From contig CAZHZE010000002.1 in assembly GCA_964537265.1 (NCBI GenBank), positions 100,861 to 164,860 of the forward strand: DNA of 64,000 bases, given 5' to 3'. The first letter of the stretch is position 1. Each line of letters opens with the position of its first letter. Under the pieces are notes generated by a model. The model was not told where the DNA came from. It ran no database searches and saw only the letters and a program-made list of their open reading frames with translations. Shown piece by piece: positions 29,466 through 37,558 of the stretch. Made by a program: the position numbers and the translations under genes. Origin of the DNA: an uncultured Gammaproteobacteria bacterium. GTDB lineage: Bacteria > Patescibacteriota > Patescibacteriia > Patescibacteriales > GWC2-42-12.

Positions 29466-29909
29466 ATGCAACAATTTGTAGTACCACAATTTATCGATGT
29501 AGAAGATAAAGTTATAGGTCCTATAACTACCCGGCAGTTTATTATTATGTTGGCTGGATTTTTAATTATCGCGATTTTTTATAAAATTTTTGATTTTTCT
29601 CTATTTGTTGTTTCTGGCTTGATAGTATTTACAATTAGCGGAATTTTTGCCTTTTTAAAAATAAACGGCCGGCCTTTTCATTTTTTTGTTTTAAATTTAT
29701 TACAAACTTTGAAAAGGACAAGACTAAGAGTCTGGCAACATTTAATGATTGGCGATAATTATGGCGTAGAGGAGAGCTATTCAATGCCAACGGTGAATTT
29801 AATTCAGGATAAACGTTATACAACTTCTCGTTTAGCCGAATTATCTTTAATAGTTGATACTAAAGGAGCCTATCAAGGCGAAGAAAATAATATAGAAATA
29901 AAAAGGTAG
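29466..29909 (+). CDS. Small two-TM membrane protein in VirB3/PrgI-like position upstream of a VirB4-like ATPase
   Basis: The 147-aa protein has two adjacent hydrophobic helices (IIMLAGFLIIAIFYKIF / FVVSGLIVFTISGIFAFL). Its position matches the VirB3-VirB4 order of type IV secretion loci. This is inferred from size, topology and synteny only. Confidence 0.4.
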   Translation: MQQFVVPQFIDVEDKVIGPITTRQFIIMLAGFLIIAIFYKIFDFSLFVVSGLIVFTISGIFAFLKINGRPFHFFVLNLLQTLKRTRLRVWQHLMIGDNYGVEESYSMPTVNLIQDKRYTTSRLAELSLIVDTKGAYQGEENNIEIKR

Positions 29910-29922
29910 TTAATTAAGATTT

Positions 29923-30600
29923 ATGTCTAATAAATTAAATAAAAATAAAATTAGTAGTTCAACCCAGCAATATTTAGATATAGCTGAATTCCGCGAAGAT
30001 ACAATAATTATGCGCGATGGAACCTTGCGCGCTGTTCTTTTGGTAGCCAGCATTAATTTTGCTTTAAAAAGCGAGGATGAACAAAATGCTATTATATCCG
30101 CTTATGTAGGTTTTTTGAATAATATTGATTTTCCTTTACAAATTGTTATTCAGTCGCGCGAATTAAATATTGATAGTTATATTGCTTCCTTAAAGCAAAA
30201 AGAAAAGGAGCAAACCAATGAATTATTGAAAATGCAAACTACCGAATATTTACAATATATTAACGAGTTGATTTCTTTGGGAAAAATTATGAATAAAAAG
30301 TTTTATGTGGTGGTTTCTTATAATCCTTTATCAGATAAGCAAAAAGGATTTTTTACTAGATTATTAGAATCTTTAAAGCCCGCGTCGATTATTAAAATGA
30401 AAGAAGAGAGATTTTTAAGAAGAAAATCTGAATTAAATAGAAGATTAGATAATATTATCGGCGGTTTATCGTCTATAGGTGTTAACGCTGTGCAGCTTGA
30501 TACTCAGAGTCTAATTGAATTATTTTATAATACTTATAATCCTGAAACTTCCGCTAACCAAAAATTAGTGGAGATAAAAAATTTAAAGGCAGCAGAATAA
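29923..30600 (+). CDS. Hypothetical protein between the VirB3-like and VirB4-like genes
   Basis: A 225-aa open frame in tight operon spacing. Confidence 0.5.
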   Translation: MSNKLNKNKISSSTQQYLDIAEFREDTIIMRDGTLRAVLLVASINFALKSEDEQNAIISAYVGFLNNIDFPLQIVIQSRELNIDSYIASLKQKEKEQTNELLKMQTTEYLQYINELISLGKIMNKKFYVVVSYNPLSDKQKGFFTRLLESLKPASIIKMKEERFLRRKSELNRRLDNIIGGLSSIGVNAVQLDTQSLIELFYNTYNPETSANQKLVEIKNLKAAE

Positions 30601-30621
30601 ATAGAATTTATTAATTAAAAT

Positions 30622-32547
30622 ATGTTTAATCCAGGCCAAATTAAAAAACAAGAAGAAATAGAGCTTAAAGAGAGAGTTTTAGCCGAGAAAAAAAGCATCA
30701 AGCAGGTTGAAGAAACGCCTTCTTTAACTCGCGAGTTGATTGAAGAAGAAAAATCTTATCGTCGAGGAGCGCTTTCCATTAAAGATTTGATTGCCCCAGC
30801 TTCTTTAGAAGTAAATTCAGATTTTTTAAGATTGGGCTCTAAATTTGTTCGGACTATTTTTGTTATAAATTATCCGCGCTATATTAGCGTAGGTTGGTTC
30901 GCGCCGATTATAAATCTAAATAATACTTTTGATATTTCTATGTTTTTCTATCCGGTAGAAAGCGCGGTAGTTTTAAATCAATTAAAGAAAAAAGTCGGTA
31001 ATTTAGAAGCGCAAATTATTTCTGATGCTGAAAAAGGCGCGGCCAGAGATCCTTTGCGCGAGACGGCTTTGCGAGACATAGAAGCTTTGCGCGATGCTTT
31101 AACTCAGGGTATAGAGAAATTTTTTCAGTTCGCTTTATATGTGACTCTTTACGCAGATAGCAAACAAGAATTAGATAAATTATCCGAAGAAGTGGAAAAT
31201 ATTTTCGGTTCGCGTCTAGTTTATTCTAAAAGAGTTTTTTATCAGGCCGAGCAAGGTTTTAATTCAACCCTGCCTTTAGCCAACGATGAATTGTATATTG
31301 CTTTTAATATGAATTCTTCCCCGGTGGCCTCTTCTTTCCCTTTTATTTCTTCAGAACTTACTTCGGATAATGGCATCCTTTATGGCATTAATCGCCATAA
31401 TAACAGTTTAATTTTATTTGATCGCTTTAGTTTACAAAACGCTAATAGCGTAGTATTTGCTACTTCGGGCGCTGGCAAAAGTTATGCCATTAAGCTTGAA
31501 GTTTTGCGTAGTTTAATGATGGGTTCGGAAGTTATTATTATTGACCCGGAAAATGAGTACAAACATTTAGCTGAAGCCGTTGGCGGAACTTATATAAATA
31601 TTTCTTTGGCTAGCGAAAATAAAATTAATCCTTTTGATTTACCACGTTCGGTTTCCGGCGAATCAAAAGCTGAAGATATAATTAGAAGCGGAGTAATAAC
31701 CGTAAAGGGTCTAATTAGGCTAATGTTAGGTAATTTAACGCATGAAGAAGATTCTATTATTGATCGAGCTTTATTAGAAACTTATGCTAAAAAAGATATT
31801 AATCCTGACGCTGATTTATCTAAAGTTGAAGCGCCTATTATGCAGGACTTAGAAGATATATTAGAAGGCATGGAAGGTGGCGCTAGTTTAGCTTTAAGGT
31901 TAAAAAAATATACCCAAGGAACTTTTGCCGGTCTTTTTAATAGCCCGACTAATGTAAAAATGGATAATCAATTGGTTTGTTTTTCGGTGCGCGATCTTGA
32001 AGATGAATTAAGGCCGATTGCAATTTATACTATAGTCAATTATATTTGGAATATAGTGCGTTCAGAAATGAAAAAAAGAATTCTAGTCATTGATGAAGCT
32101 TGGTGGCTTATGCAGCATGAAGACAGCGCCAAATTTATTTATGCTTTAGTTAAACGCTGCCGTAAATATTATTTAGGAGTTACGACTATTACGCAGGACG
32201 TTAATGATTTTTTAACTTCGCCTTACGGCCAAGCCATAGTGAACAATTCAGCTTTGCAACTTCTTTTAAAACAGTCCCCGGCATCTATAAATTTAGTGCA
32301 GAAAACTTTTGTATTAACTGAAGGAGAAAAATACTTACTTTTAGAATGTGGTGTTGGCGAAGGCATATTTTTTGCCGGCTCTAAACATGTAGCCATTAAA
32401 GTTGTGGCTTCATATACTGAAGATCAATTAATCACTTCTGACCCAAGACAACTATTAGAGATTGAGCAGGAGAAAAAAGAATTTGCTTCTAATATGTTGA
32501 GCGGCCAAACTGAGAATAATACCGAGGGAGAAGAAGTAGAATTATAA
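30622..32547 (+). CDS. VirB4/TraC/TrbE-family type IV secretion ATPase
   Basis: It has Walker A (ATSGAGKS), the family-specific IIDPENEY block just downstream, and Walker B with the DEAW signature (ILVIDEAWWLM). An N-terminal P.SL.V..D.L.LG..FVRT.FV..YP block is typical of Gram-positive-type VirB4. Confidence 0.75.
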   Translation: MFNPGQIKKQEEIELKERVLAEKKSIKQVEETPSLTRELIEEEKSYRRGALSIKDLIAPASLEVNSDFLRLGSKFVRTIFVINYPRYISVGWFAPIINLNNTFDISMFFYPVESAVVLNQLKKKVGNLEAQIISDAEKGAARDPLRETALRDIEALRDALTQGIEKFFQFALYVTLYADSKQELDKLSEEVENIFGSRLVYSKRVFYQAEQGFNSTLPLANDELYIAFNMNSSPVASSFPFISSELTSDNGILYGINRHNNSLILFDRFSLQNANSVVFATSGAGKSYAIKLEVLRSLMMGSEVIIIDPENEYKHLAEAVGGTYINISLASENKINPFDLPRSVSGESKAEDIIRSGVITVKGLIRLMLGNLTHEEDSIIDRALLETYAKKDINPDADLSKVEAPIMQDLEDILEGMEGGASLALRLKKYTQGTFAGLFNSPTNVKMDNQLVCFSVRDLEDELRPIAIYTIVNYIWNIVRSEMKKRILVIDEAWWLMQHEDSAKFIYALVKRCRKYYLGVTTITQDVNDFLTSPYGQAIVNNSALQLLLKQSPASINLVQKTFVLTEGEKYLLLECGVGEGIFFAGSKHVAIKVVASYTEDQLITSDPRQLLEIEQEKKEFASNMLSGQTENNTEGEEVEL

Positions 32548-32551
32548 ATAT

Positions 32552-33169
32552 ATGAGTAAAAGAGTTTGGGGTATAATTATTGTGATTGCTTCTCTGGCTA
32601 TAATAGCTGGTATTATTTATATTATTTTTTTCTATAAATTTAATAATATAGAAAAGCAGCCGATAATAGAACAGCCAGTCGTTGAGCAACCAGTTAATAA
32701 TTTAAATCCGACCTCTAACCAGCAAGTCGCTACAAATACTACGACCGTTCAAGTAGTTTCTCCGTTAAAGAAGGCCGAAATCAATAAAGATGATCTTATT
32801 AGAATGGCGTCGGCTTTTGCTGAAAGATTTGGTAGCTATTCAAATCAATCTGATTATGGCAATATTCGAGATTTGCAAATTTTTATGACCAATTCCATGA
32901 AAGATTGGGCAGATGATTATATTAATCAATCTAGAGTTAATAAGACTCAAACTTCAATTTATTATGGCATAGTAACTAAAGCTATTTCCGGAGAAGCTAA
33001 ACAATTTGATTCTGATGTTGGGAAAGCGGAAATTTTAGTAAAAACTCAAAGGCGTGAATCGTCCGGCACTTCTGGCAATAGCATAACTTTTTATCAGAAT
33101 ATATTGATAAAATATATTCGCGAGCAAGGTGTCTGGCGAGTTGACGGTATCGAATGGCAGACGAAATAA
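32552..33169 (+). CDS. N-terminally anchored extracytoplasmic protein; possible VirB8-like component (speculative)
   Basis: A single N-terminal TM helix is followed by a domain of about 170 aa. The VirB8 suggestion rests on size, topology and position only. Confidence 0.45.
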   Translation: MSKRVWGIIIVIASLAIIAGIIYIIFFYKFNNIEKQPIIEQPVVEQPVNNLNPTSNQQVATNTTTVQVVSPLKKAEINKDDLIRMASAFAERFGSYSNQSDYGNIRDLQIFMTNSMKDWADDYINQSRVNKTQTSIYYGIVTKAISGEAKQFDSDVGKAEILVKTQRRESSGTSGNSITFYQNILIKYIREQGVWRVDGIEWQTK

Positions 33170-33187
33170 TTTGAAAATTTTTGATTT

Positions 33188-33988
33188 ATGAATAATAAGT
33201 TATTTAAAATAACCAAAGATGCTTGGTTATTTTTTTTAGACTTAATTTTTCCGATTGAATGTTTAAATTGCGGCGAGGAGGGTAAGTGGTTATGCGAAAA
33301 ATGTTTTAAGGAGATAAAATTAAAGCCAAAACAATATTGCCTTCATTGTAAAAAAGAAAATGATTTAGGCGAATTTTGTGCGCCCTGCGGAATTATTTAT
33401 AATTTAGATGGCGTTTGGATCGCCGCTGTTTATGATGAAATTTTAATAAGTAAAGCTATTAAAAATTTAAAGTACTATTTTATTAGCGGTTTAGCCGAAG
33501 ATTTAAGCAAGCTTTTAATTGTTTGTCTTGATAAAATATTAGCTAAAAGACAAATTTTAAAACAAGGCTTATTAGAAGGAATAAATTGGAAAATCTTTGA
33601 ACGAGCCGAAAAACTACCAGCTGCGATTTTAAATTTTAACGACAATTTAATTATACCCGTGCCTTTATCAGCCAAGCGTTCGCGTTGGCGAGGTTTTAAT
33701 CAAGCTGAATTATTAGCGCAAACATTGGCAAAAAAATATTATTTAAAGATAGATAATAAAAATTTAATTAGGATAAAACATAAAAAGGCCCAGGCTAAAT
33801 TAAATGAAATCGAGCGGTTGCATAATATAAAAGGATGCTTTAGTTGGATTGGAGGTAATTTAAATAAAAAAAACATCATTTTAATTGATGATGTTGTTAC
33901 TACTGGCGCTACTTTAAACGAATGCGCCAAAGTTTTAAAAGCTAACGGCGCTGGCGAGGTATGGGGATTGGTTGTGGCTAAGGGGTAA
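33188..33988 (+). CDS. comFC: ComF-family competence protein (phosphoribosyltransferase domain)
   Basis: An N-terminal double Cys-x2-Cys zinc ribbon (CLNCGEEGKWLCEKC ... CLHCKKE...CAPC) is followed by a C-terminal PRTase fold with IILIDDVVTTGATL. Confidence 0.8.
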   Translation: MNNKLFKITKDAWLFFLDLIFPIECLNCGEEGKWLCEKCFKEIKLKPKQYCLHCKKENDLGEFCAPCGIIYNLDGVWIAAVYDEILISKAIKNLKYYFISGLAEDLSKLLIVCLDKILAKRQILKQGLLEGINWKIFERAEKLPAAILNFNDNLIIPVPLSAKRSRWRGFNQAELLAQTLAKKYYLKIDNKNLIRIKHKKAQAKLNEIERLHNIKGCFSWIGGNLNKKNIILIDDVVTTGATLNECAKVLKANGAGEVWGLVVAKG

Positions 33989-33995
33989 ATGCGGA

Positions 33996-34160
33996 GAGAT
34001 AGGGATTTCCGCCTTGCTCTCGTTTCCTCTCAAGCTTCGTTGCCCTGGGCAGCGCTGAATGCTCCCAGGGTCGCATTCATCGACGCTCGCCTGAATTTTT
34101 TGCCGACAAAAATTCGGCAAAAAATTTGTCTCGCTTCTGCCCGTTCGAATCCTATCTCAA
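33996..34160. other. GC-rich structured segment bracketed by an inverted copy of the tRNA-Ser(TGA) 3' end (gcggagagatagggatt at 33996-34012; ttcgaatcctatctc at 34144-34158); candidate att-site remnant and/or structured RNA
   Basis: 33996-34012 is identical over 17 nt to 35038-35054, the tRNA-Ser acceptor/T-arm region. Its terminal blocks can pair to close a hairpin of about 160 nt. The interior contains nested inverted repeats (ccctggg...cccaggg; aattttttgccga...tcggcaaaaaatt). Confidence 0.3.
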
Positions 34161-34164
34161 CTTA

Positions 34165-34199
34165 AAATATTTATTCGGCATAAAACCGAATAAATATTT
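34165..34199. repeat. Perfect 14-bp inverted repeat (aaatatttattcgg-cataaaa-ccgaataaatattt)
   Basis: Read directly. There is no adjacent T-tract, so this is not a canonical terminator. Confidence 0.6.
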
Positions 34200-34342
34200 A
34201 ATGCGGTGTATTCTTAAAATAGCTCGAACCGAATTCCCTCGCCGCGCTTTGCGCGGCTCGGATGTGGCGGGGCAAAAATGAGCGGCTCCGCCGCGAAAAT
34301 TAACAATTTCAAGCTTTTCTTTGGCGGCAAATTCTTTTCGAA

Positions 34343-34879
34343 CTAATTCGCATAAATCCAAGAATAATTACCACCATGAAAAGTATACATCGTAAAATAA
34401 TGATTTACCTTATCTAGTTCGCCGATGTCGACAGTATGCAATTTGTTATTTTCGTCAATCAAATATGGCACAGGCAAATTATATTGTGAATCATATTTAA
34501 CTTTTATGCTTATCGGTTTCGGCGAATCTATTAAATTTATATCCGGAGAAATGATAATCGTTACGGGTGAACCCACTCCAGACCTTACTTCAAAATCGCT
34601 TTTCTTGAAGCTCAAGGTAAATTCCGTTTCTTTTTTTAATGAAGGAATAATTACAATTACTGATTTATCAGAATTTTGCAGAATACCACCATTAACGCCA
34701 ACTTTTTCTTTTATGACTTCGCTATACTGGAAATTATCAACCGATTTATTAATTTGCTGATTTGATTGTTGAGTTTGTGGAGTATTAGGTGCTGAAGAAT
34801 TTTTAAAAAAATAAAAAATACCGACAGCAATAATTATGATTACAACTACCAGAATAATTTTAAAATATTTTTGATTCAT
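34343..34879 (-). CDS. Membrane-anchored secreted protein, hypothetical (true start probably the internal ATG at 34879; the upstream part of the ORF-track frame is read-through of the tRNA gene)
   Basis: The ORF-track protein begins MPERSNGTVLKTVRPSRVSRVRIPISPP, which is the translation of the tRNA-Ser reverse complement. A plausible start MNQKYFKIILVVVIIIIAVGIFYFF gives a signal-anchor followed by a 150-aa domain. Confidence 0.5.
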   Translation of the reverse strand: MNQKYFKIILVVVIIIIAVGIFYFFKNSSAPNTPQTQQSNQQINKSVDNFQYSEVIKEKVGVNGGILQNSDKSVIVIIPSLKKETEFTLSFKKSDFEVRSGVGSPVTIIISPDINLIDSPKPISIKVKYDSQYNLPVPYLIDENNKLHTVDIGELDKVNHYFTMYTFHGGNYSWIYAN

Positions 34880-35035
34880 ATGATTTATTATGAAAATTGT
34901 TTTCGACTTTATGATTAAAAAATTTCTTTTGCCCCTTTTGATAAATGCATTTCGTTTTCGCCCAAAAATGAATACAAACTGGCCGCCGAGCGAAGCGAGG
35001 CGGCTTCCAACCTTGATTTTTCGAAATGTGATTCT

Positions 35036-35125
35036 TGGCGGAGAGATAGGGATTCGAACCCTAGAGACCCGTGAAGGCCTAACGGTTTTCAAGACCGTCC
35101 CATTCGACCGCTCTGGCATCTCTCC
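35036..35125 (-). tRNA. tRNA-Ser (anticodon TGA), long variable arm, CCA encoded
   Basis: The cloverleaf was folded by eye. The acceptor is GGAGAGA/TCTCTCC and the anticodon loop is CTTGAAA. The variable arm is AGGCCTTCACGGGTCTCT and the T-loop is GGTTCGAATCC, followed by GCCA. Confidence 0.9.
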
Positions 35126-36156
35126 TAATAATTATATTTTAAAAAATATTGTTTTGGCTTCAATTCTTGTTTAACTATTTTTCGCCAATTAAACTCGGCT
35201 GCTGACAGCCGTTTTATCCCCACACTAAATTTAGTGTGGGGATTTATTTTTTGTTTGTTTATAAATAACGGATCAATAATTCTTGATTTACAAAATACTT
35301 CAGCATCATAATTTTTAAAGCTTTGCTTTATTTTAATTTTTCCGTTCATTCTTAACCAAAACAATTTTAATTTTTTATCTTTATTTAAATATTTTTTTAT
35401 TTTTTCTAAAACAATTTTATCGGTTTTATATAAATCAGTCTTAGTAATATATTTTTTATCTAATGCATATTTTAGGCAATCGCCAACCGCTAAAAACATA
35501 ATTGCCGAATCTATGCCGGCATAATGTGCTTTATTAAGTTTATAGAAAAGTTTTGCGTATAATTTAGCTGATTTGCGATTTTTAAATATCCATTTGTCGT
35601 TTTTTATTTGCAAGTCGTTTAGGATGGATTTTATCTGGCTCGGAGTTTTTTCTTTAAATATGATAGCTGTTCGTAATGAATAATCAATTCTATCAGCGCA
35701 TAAGTCGGGCAGCTGTTTTTCTTTGAGGGGAAAATTTTTATCATTTATTATATAATTTAAGCTAAAACCATGTCTTTTTAAAATTTTTGGTATGGCAGTT
35801 GTTTTTAAATATTTTTTAAATAGATTGTCTTGATGATTTTGCTCTTTGCCATCACCACCATCGACTACATAATCAATGCAATGCGAGAATGCTGAATGTG
35901 AAACGTCGTGAATTAAACCAGCTATTTGTTCTTCTAGCGGCGCGCCGTATTTTTTTAAAAGCAGAAAAACACCGATAGAATGAGCAAAACGATTATGGCC
36001 GAATTGGCCAACTCTTTTATAAGGTTTAGCAAAGAGCGGCCCGTAGCCGCCTTGATCAATGTCTTTTAGTCTTTTTAATGCAGGGCACTTTAGCAATTCT
36101 AAAATTACTGGTTCAGCTATATTAAAATGTCCGTAGATTTTATCATTGTAATGCAT
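35125..36156 (-). CDS. HD-domain phosphohydrolase
   Basis: It has the HD motif (RFAHSIGV ... LIHDVSHSAFSH) and conserved D residues. It is flanked on both sides by tRNA-Ser genes on the same strand. Confidence 0.8.
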   Translation of the reverse strand: MHYNDKIYGHFNIAEPVILELLKCPALKRLKDIDQGGYGPLFAKPYKRVGQFGHNRFAHSIGVFLLLKKYGAPLEEQIAGLIHDVSHSAFSHCIDYVVDGGDGKEQNHQDNLFKKYLKTTAIPKILKRHGFSLNYIINDKNFPLKEKQLPDLCADRIDYSLRTAIIFKEKTPSQIKSILNDLQIKNDKWIFKNRKSAKLYAKLFYKLNKAHYAGIDSAIMFLAVGDCLKYALDKKYITKTDLYKTDKIVLEKIKKYLNKDKKLKLFWLRMNGKIKIKQSFKNYDAEVFCKSRIIDPLFINKQKINPHTKFSVGIKRLSAAEFNWRKIVKQELKPKQYFLKYNY

Positions 36157-36163
36157 AACTTAG

Positions 36164-36250
36164 CGGAAGGGGAGGGATTCGAACCCTCGAGACTCGTTAA
36201 AGTCTAACACCTTAGCAGGGTGCTGCTATCAGCCGCTCAGCCACCCTTCC
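36164..36250 (-). tRNA. tRNA-Ser (anticodon GCT), long variable arm, CCA not encoded
   Basis: The cloverleaf was folded by eye. The acceptor is GGAAGGG/CCCTTCC and the anticodon loop is CTGCTAA. It has a long variable arm and the T-loop GGTTCGAATCC. Confidence 0.9.
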
Positions 36251-36355
36251 ATTAGTAATTAAAAATTACGAATTAATTTTTATTCGTAATTGATAATTAA
36301 TTTATTTTATGCTATAATAAATATATATAATTTATCTTATTTTGTCAATTAAAAA

Positions 36356-36857
36356 TATGTCAGAACTAAATAAAAACACTGATTTTGGGAAAAAAATTAT
36401 CGGCTGGAAAATATCTGAATACGACAAACATAAAAGAGAAAAAAATTGGTATATTATAGCTGGTATAGTTGGTGTGATATTTTTGATTTACTCATTTTTT
36501 AGCGGTAATTTTTTATTCGCTGCTATTATTATTATTGGTACTTTAGTTATTATAATACACGATGGCCAAGAACCAATAAAAGTTGATTTTAGTATAACCG
36601 ACGAAGGCTTAGTTGTTGGAAAGAATTTTTATGATTACGATGTTATAAAAGATTTTTCTATTGTTTATAAGCCGCGCGAGAATATAAAAAATTTGTATTT
36701 TGAATTTAAAAATACAATAAAACCAAGGCTTTCGATCCCCCTGGGTAATATGAACCCCTTGCCAATTCGGGAAAATCTGCTAAAGTATTTACCTGAAGAC
36801 TTAGAAAGAACCGATCAGCCTTTATCCGAAGCTTTAGCTAAATTATTTAAACTATAA
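36356..36857 (+). CDS. Small membrane protein, hypothetical (ATG at 36356 preferred over the TTG at 36342)
   Basis: It has two adjacent hydrophobic helices near the N-terminus. An inverted repeat aattacgaat/attcgtaatt lies in the upstream spacer, shared with the divergent tRNA gene. Confidence 0.5.
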
Positions 36858-36915
36858 ATTGTTTAAAATAGATTATACAGGCACAGGATAATTTCCTGTG
36901 CCGTATTAATATTAA

Positions 36916-36987
36916 GCACTCGTCGTTCAACGGATAGGACACAAGATTGCGGATCTTGTAATCGAGGTTCGATTCCTCGCGAGTGCA
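36916..36987 (+). tRNA. tRNA with anticodon GCG (Arg by anticodon; A20 and C35 are present, consistent with Arg identity), CCA not encoded
   Basis: The cloverleaf was folded by eye. The acceptor is GCACTCG/CGAGTGC, the D-arm is GTTC-AACGGATA-GGAC and the anticodon arm is CAAGA-TTGCGGA-TCTTG. The variable loop is 4 nt, the T-arm is CGAGG-TTCGATT-CCTCG and the discriminator is A. Confidence 0.75.
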
Positions 36988-37041
36988 CAGAGGAATAAAA
37001 GCGATGTATTAAAATTATTGATAGAAACCATTTTGTTTATA

Positions 37042-37086
37042 AAAAAATCCCTTTATTTTTAGATAGGGATTTTATTTTTGGTTTTT
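37042..37086. terminator. Bidirectional rho-independent terminator (aaatccct-N12-agggattt flanked by A- and T-runs) serving the tRNA on + and the convergent gene on -
   Basis: The inverted repeat and T-tracts were read directly on both strands. Confidence 0.55.
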
Positions 37087-37407
37087 TGCCAGTAATTTTT
37101 TTTCTAATTTTTCTTTTAATTTGTTGGCTTTTTTGCACCATGGCTCAGGGGCGTTTATTGTTAAATAGTGTAAATGATTCAAATTATTTTTAATACCCCT
37201 TTTTAATAATTCTTGCCAAGCTTTTTCTTTATATTCTTTAGAAAATTCTCGCCAAGAATATTTGGCGGCAATAAGAACAGAAAACCCAGAAATATCTTCT
37301 ATGAGTAAAAGTTTTTTCCAGGCTTCCCACCGTTCTTCTTCAGTAGAATTAGGACCTCCAATTATATCGTAGAGGTCACAAAATTGAATGTTTGTTTTAT
37401 TTATCAT
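37072..37407 (-). CDS. Hypothetical small protein (111 aa)
   Basis: A minus-strand open frame followed (on the minus strand) by the terminator hairpin. No recognised motif. Confidence 0.5.
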   Translation of the reverse strand: MINKTNIQFCDLYDIIGGPNSTEEERWEAWKKLLLIEDISGFSVLIAAKYSWREFSKEYKEKAWQELLKRGIKNNLNHLHYLTINAPEPWCKKANKLKEKLEKKLLAKNQK

Positions 37408-37558
37408 GTGGCCTCCATAATATTTATTTTTAAAGCTGCTGATTTTTAATGTACTTTATTTTTGATAAAAGGTCAATAGAATTATATTTAATCATTTTTA
37501 TAACTTTATTAAAATTGTGTTAACTTTAATTATTCTTATTTTATGTTAAAATTAAGGC

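Noticed and set aside
29923-32547. Reading 29923..30600 plus 30622..32547 as a single frameshifted VirB4
   Set aside because: The 641-aa ORF already contains the N-terminal VirB4 block as well as the ATPase core, so it is complete on its own. The 225-aa ORF is kept as a separate hypothetical.
33996-34340. Possible tmRNA (ssrA), RNase P RNA or SRP RNA, because of tRNA-like terminal sequences and dense secondary structure
   Set aside because: No acceptor stem with the G3:U70 pair is present, and no correctly placed T-arm followed by an acceptor 3' strand on either strand. No RNase P (GGAAAGUCCGG) or SRP domain-IV consensus is seen. I kept it only as an unassigned structured element or att remnant.
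34152-35119. ORF-track CDS 34343..35119 as a 258-aa protein, and ORF 34152..34361
   Set aside because: The first 30 codons translate the tRNA-Ser gene (MPERSNGTVLKTV...), so the real start is the internal ATG at 34879. The 69-aa ORF lies in the structured GC-rich spacer and has no start context.
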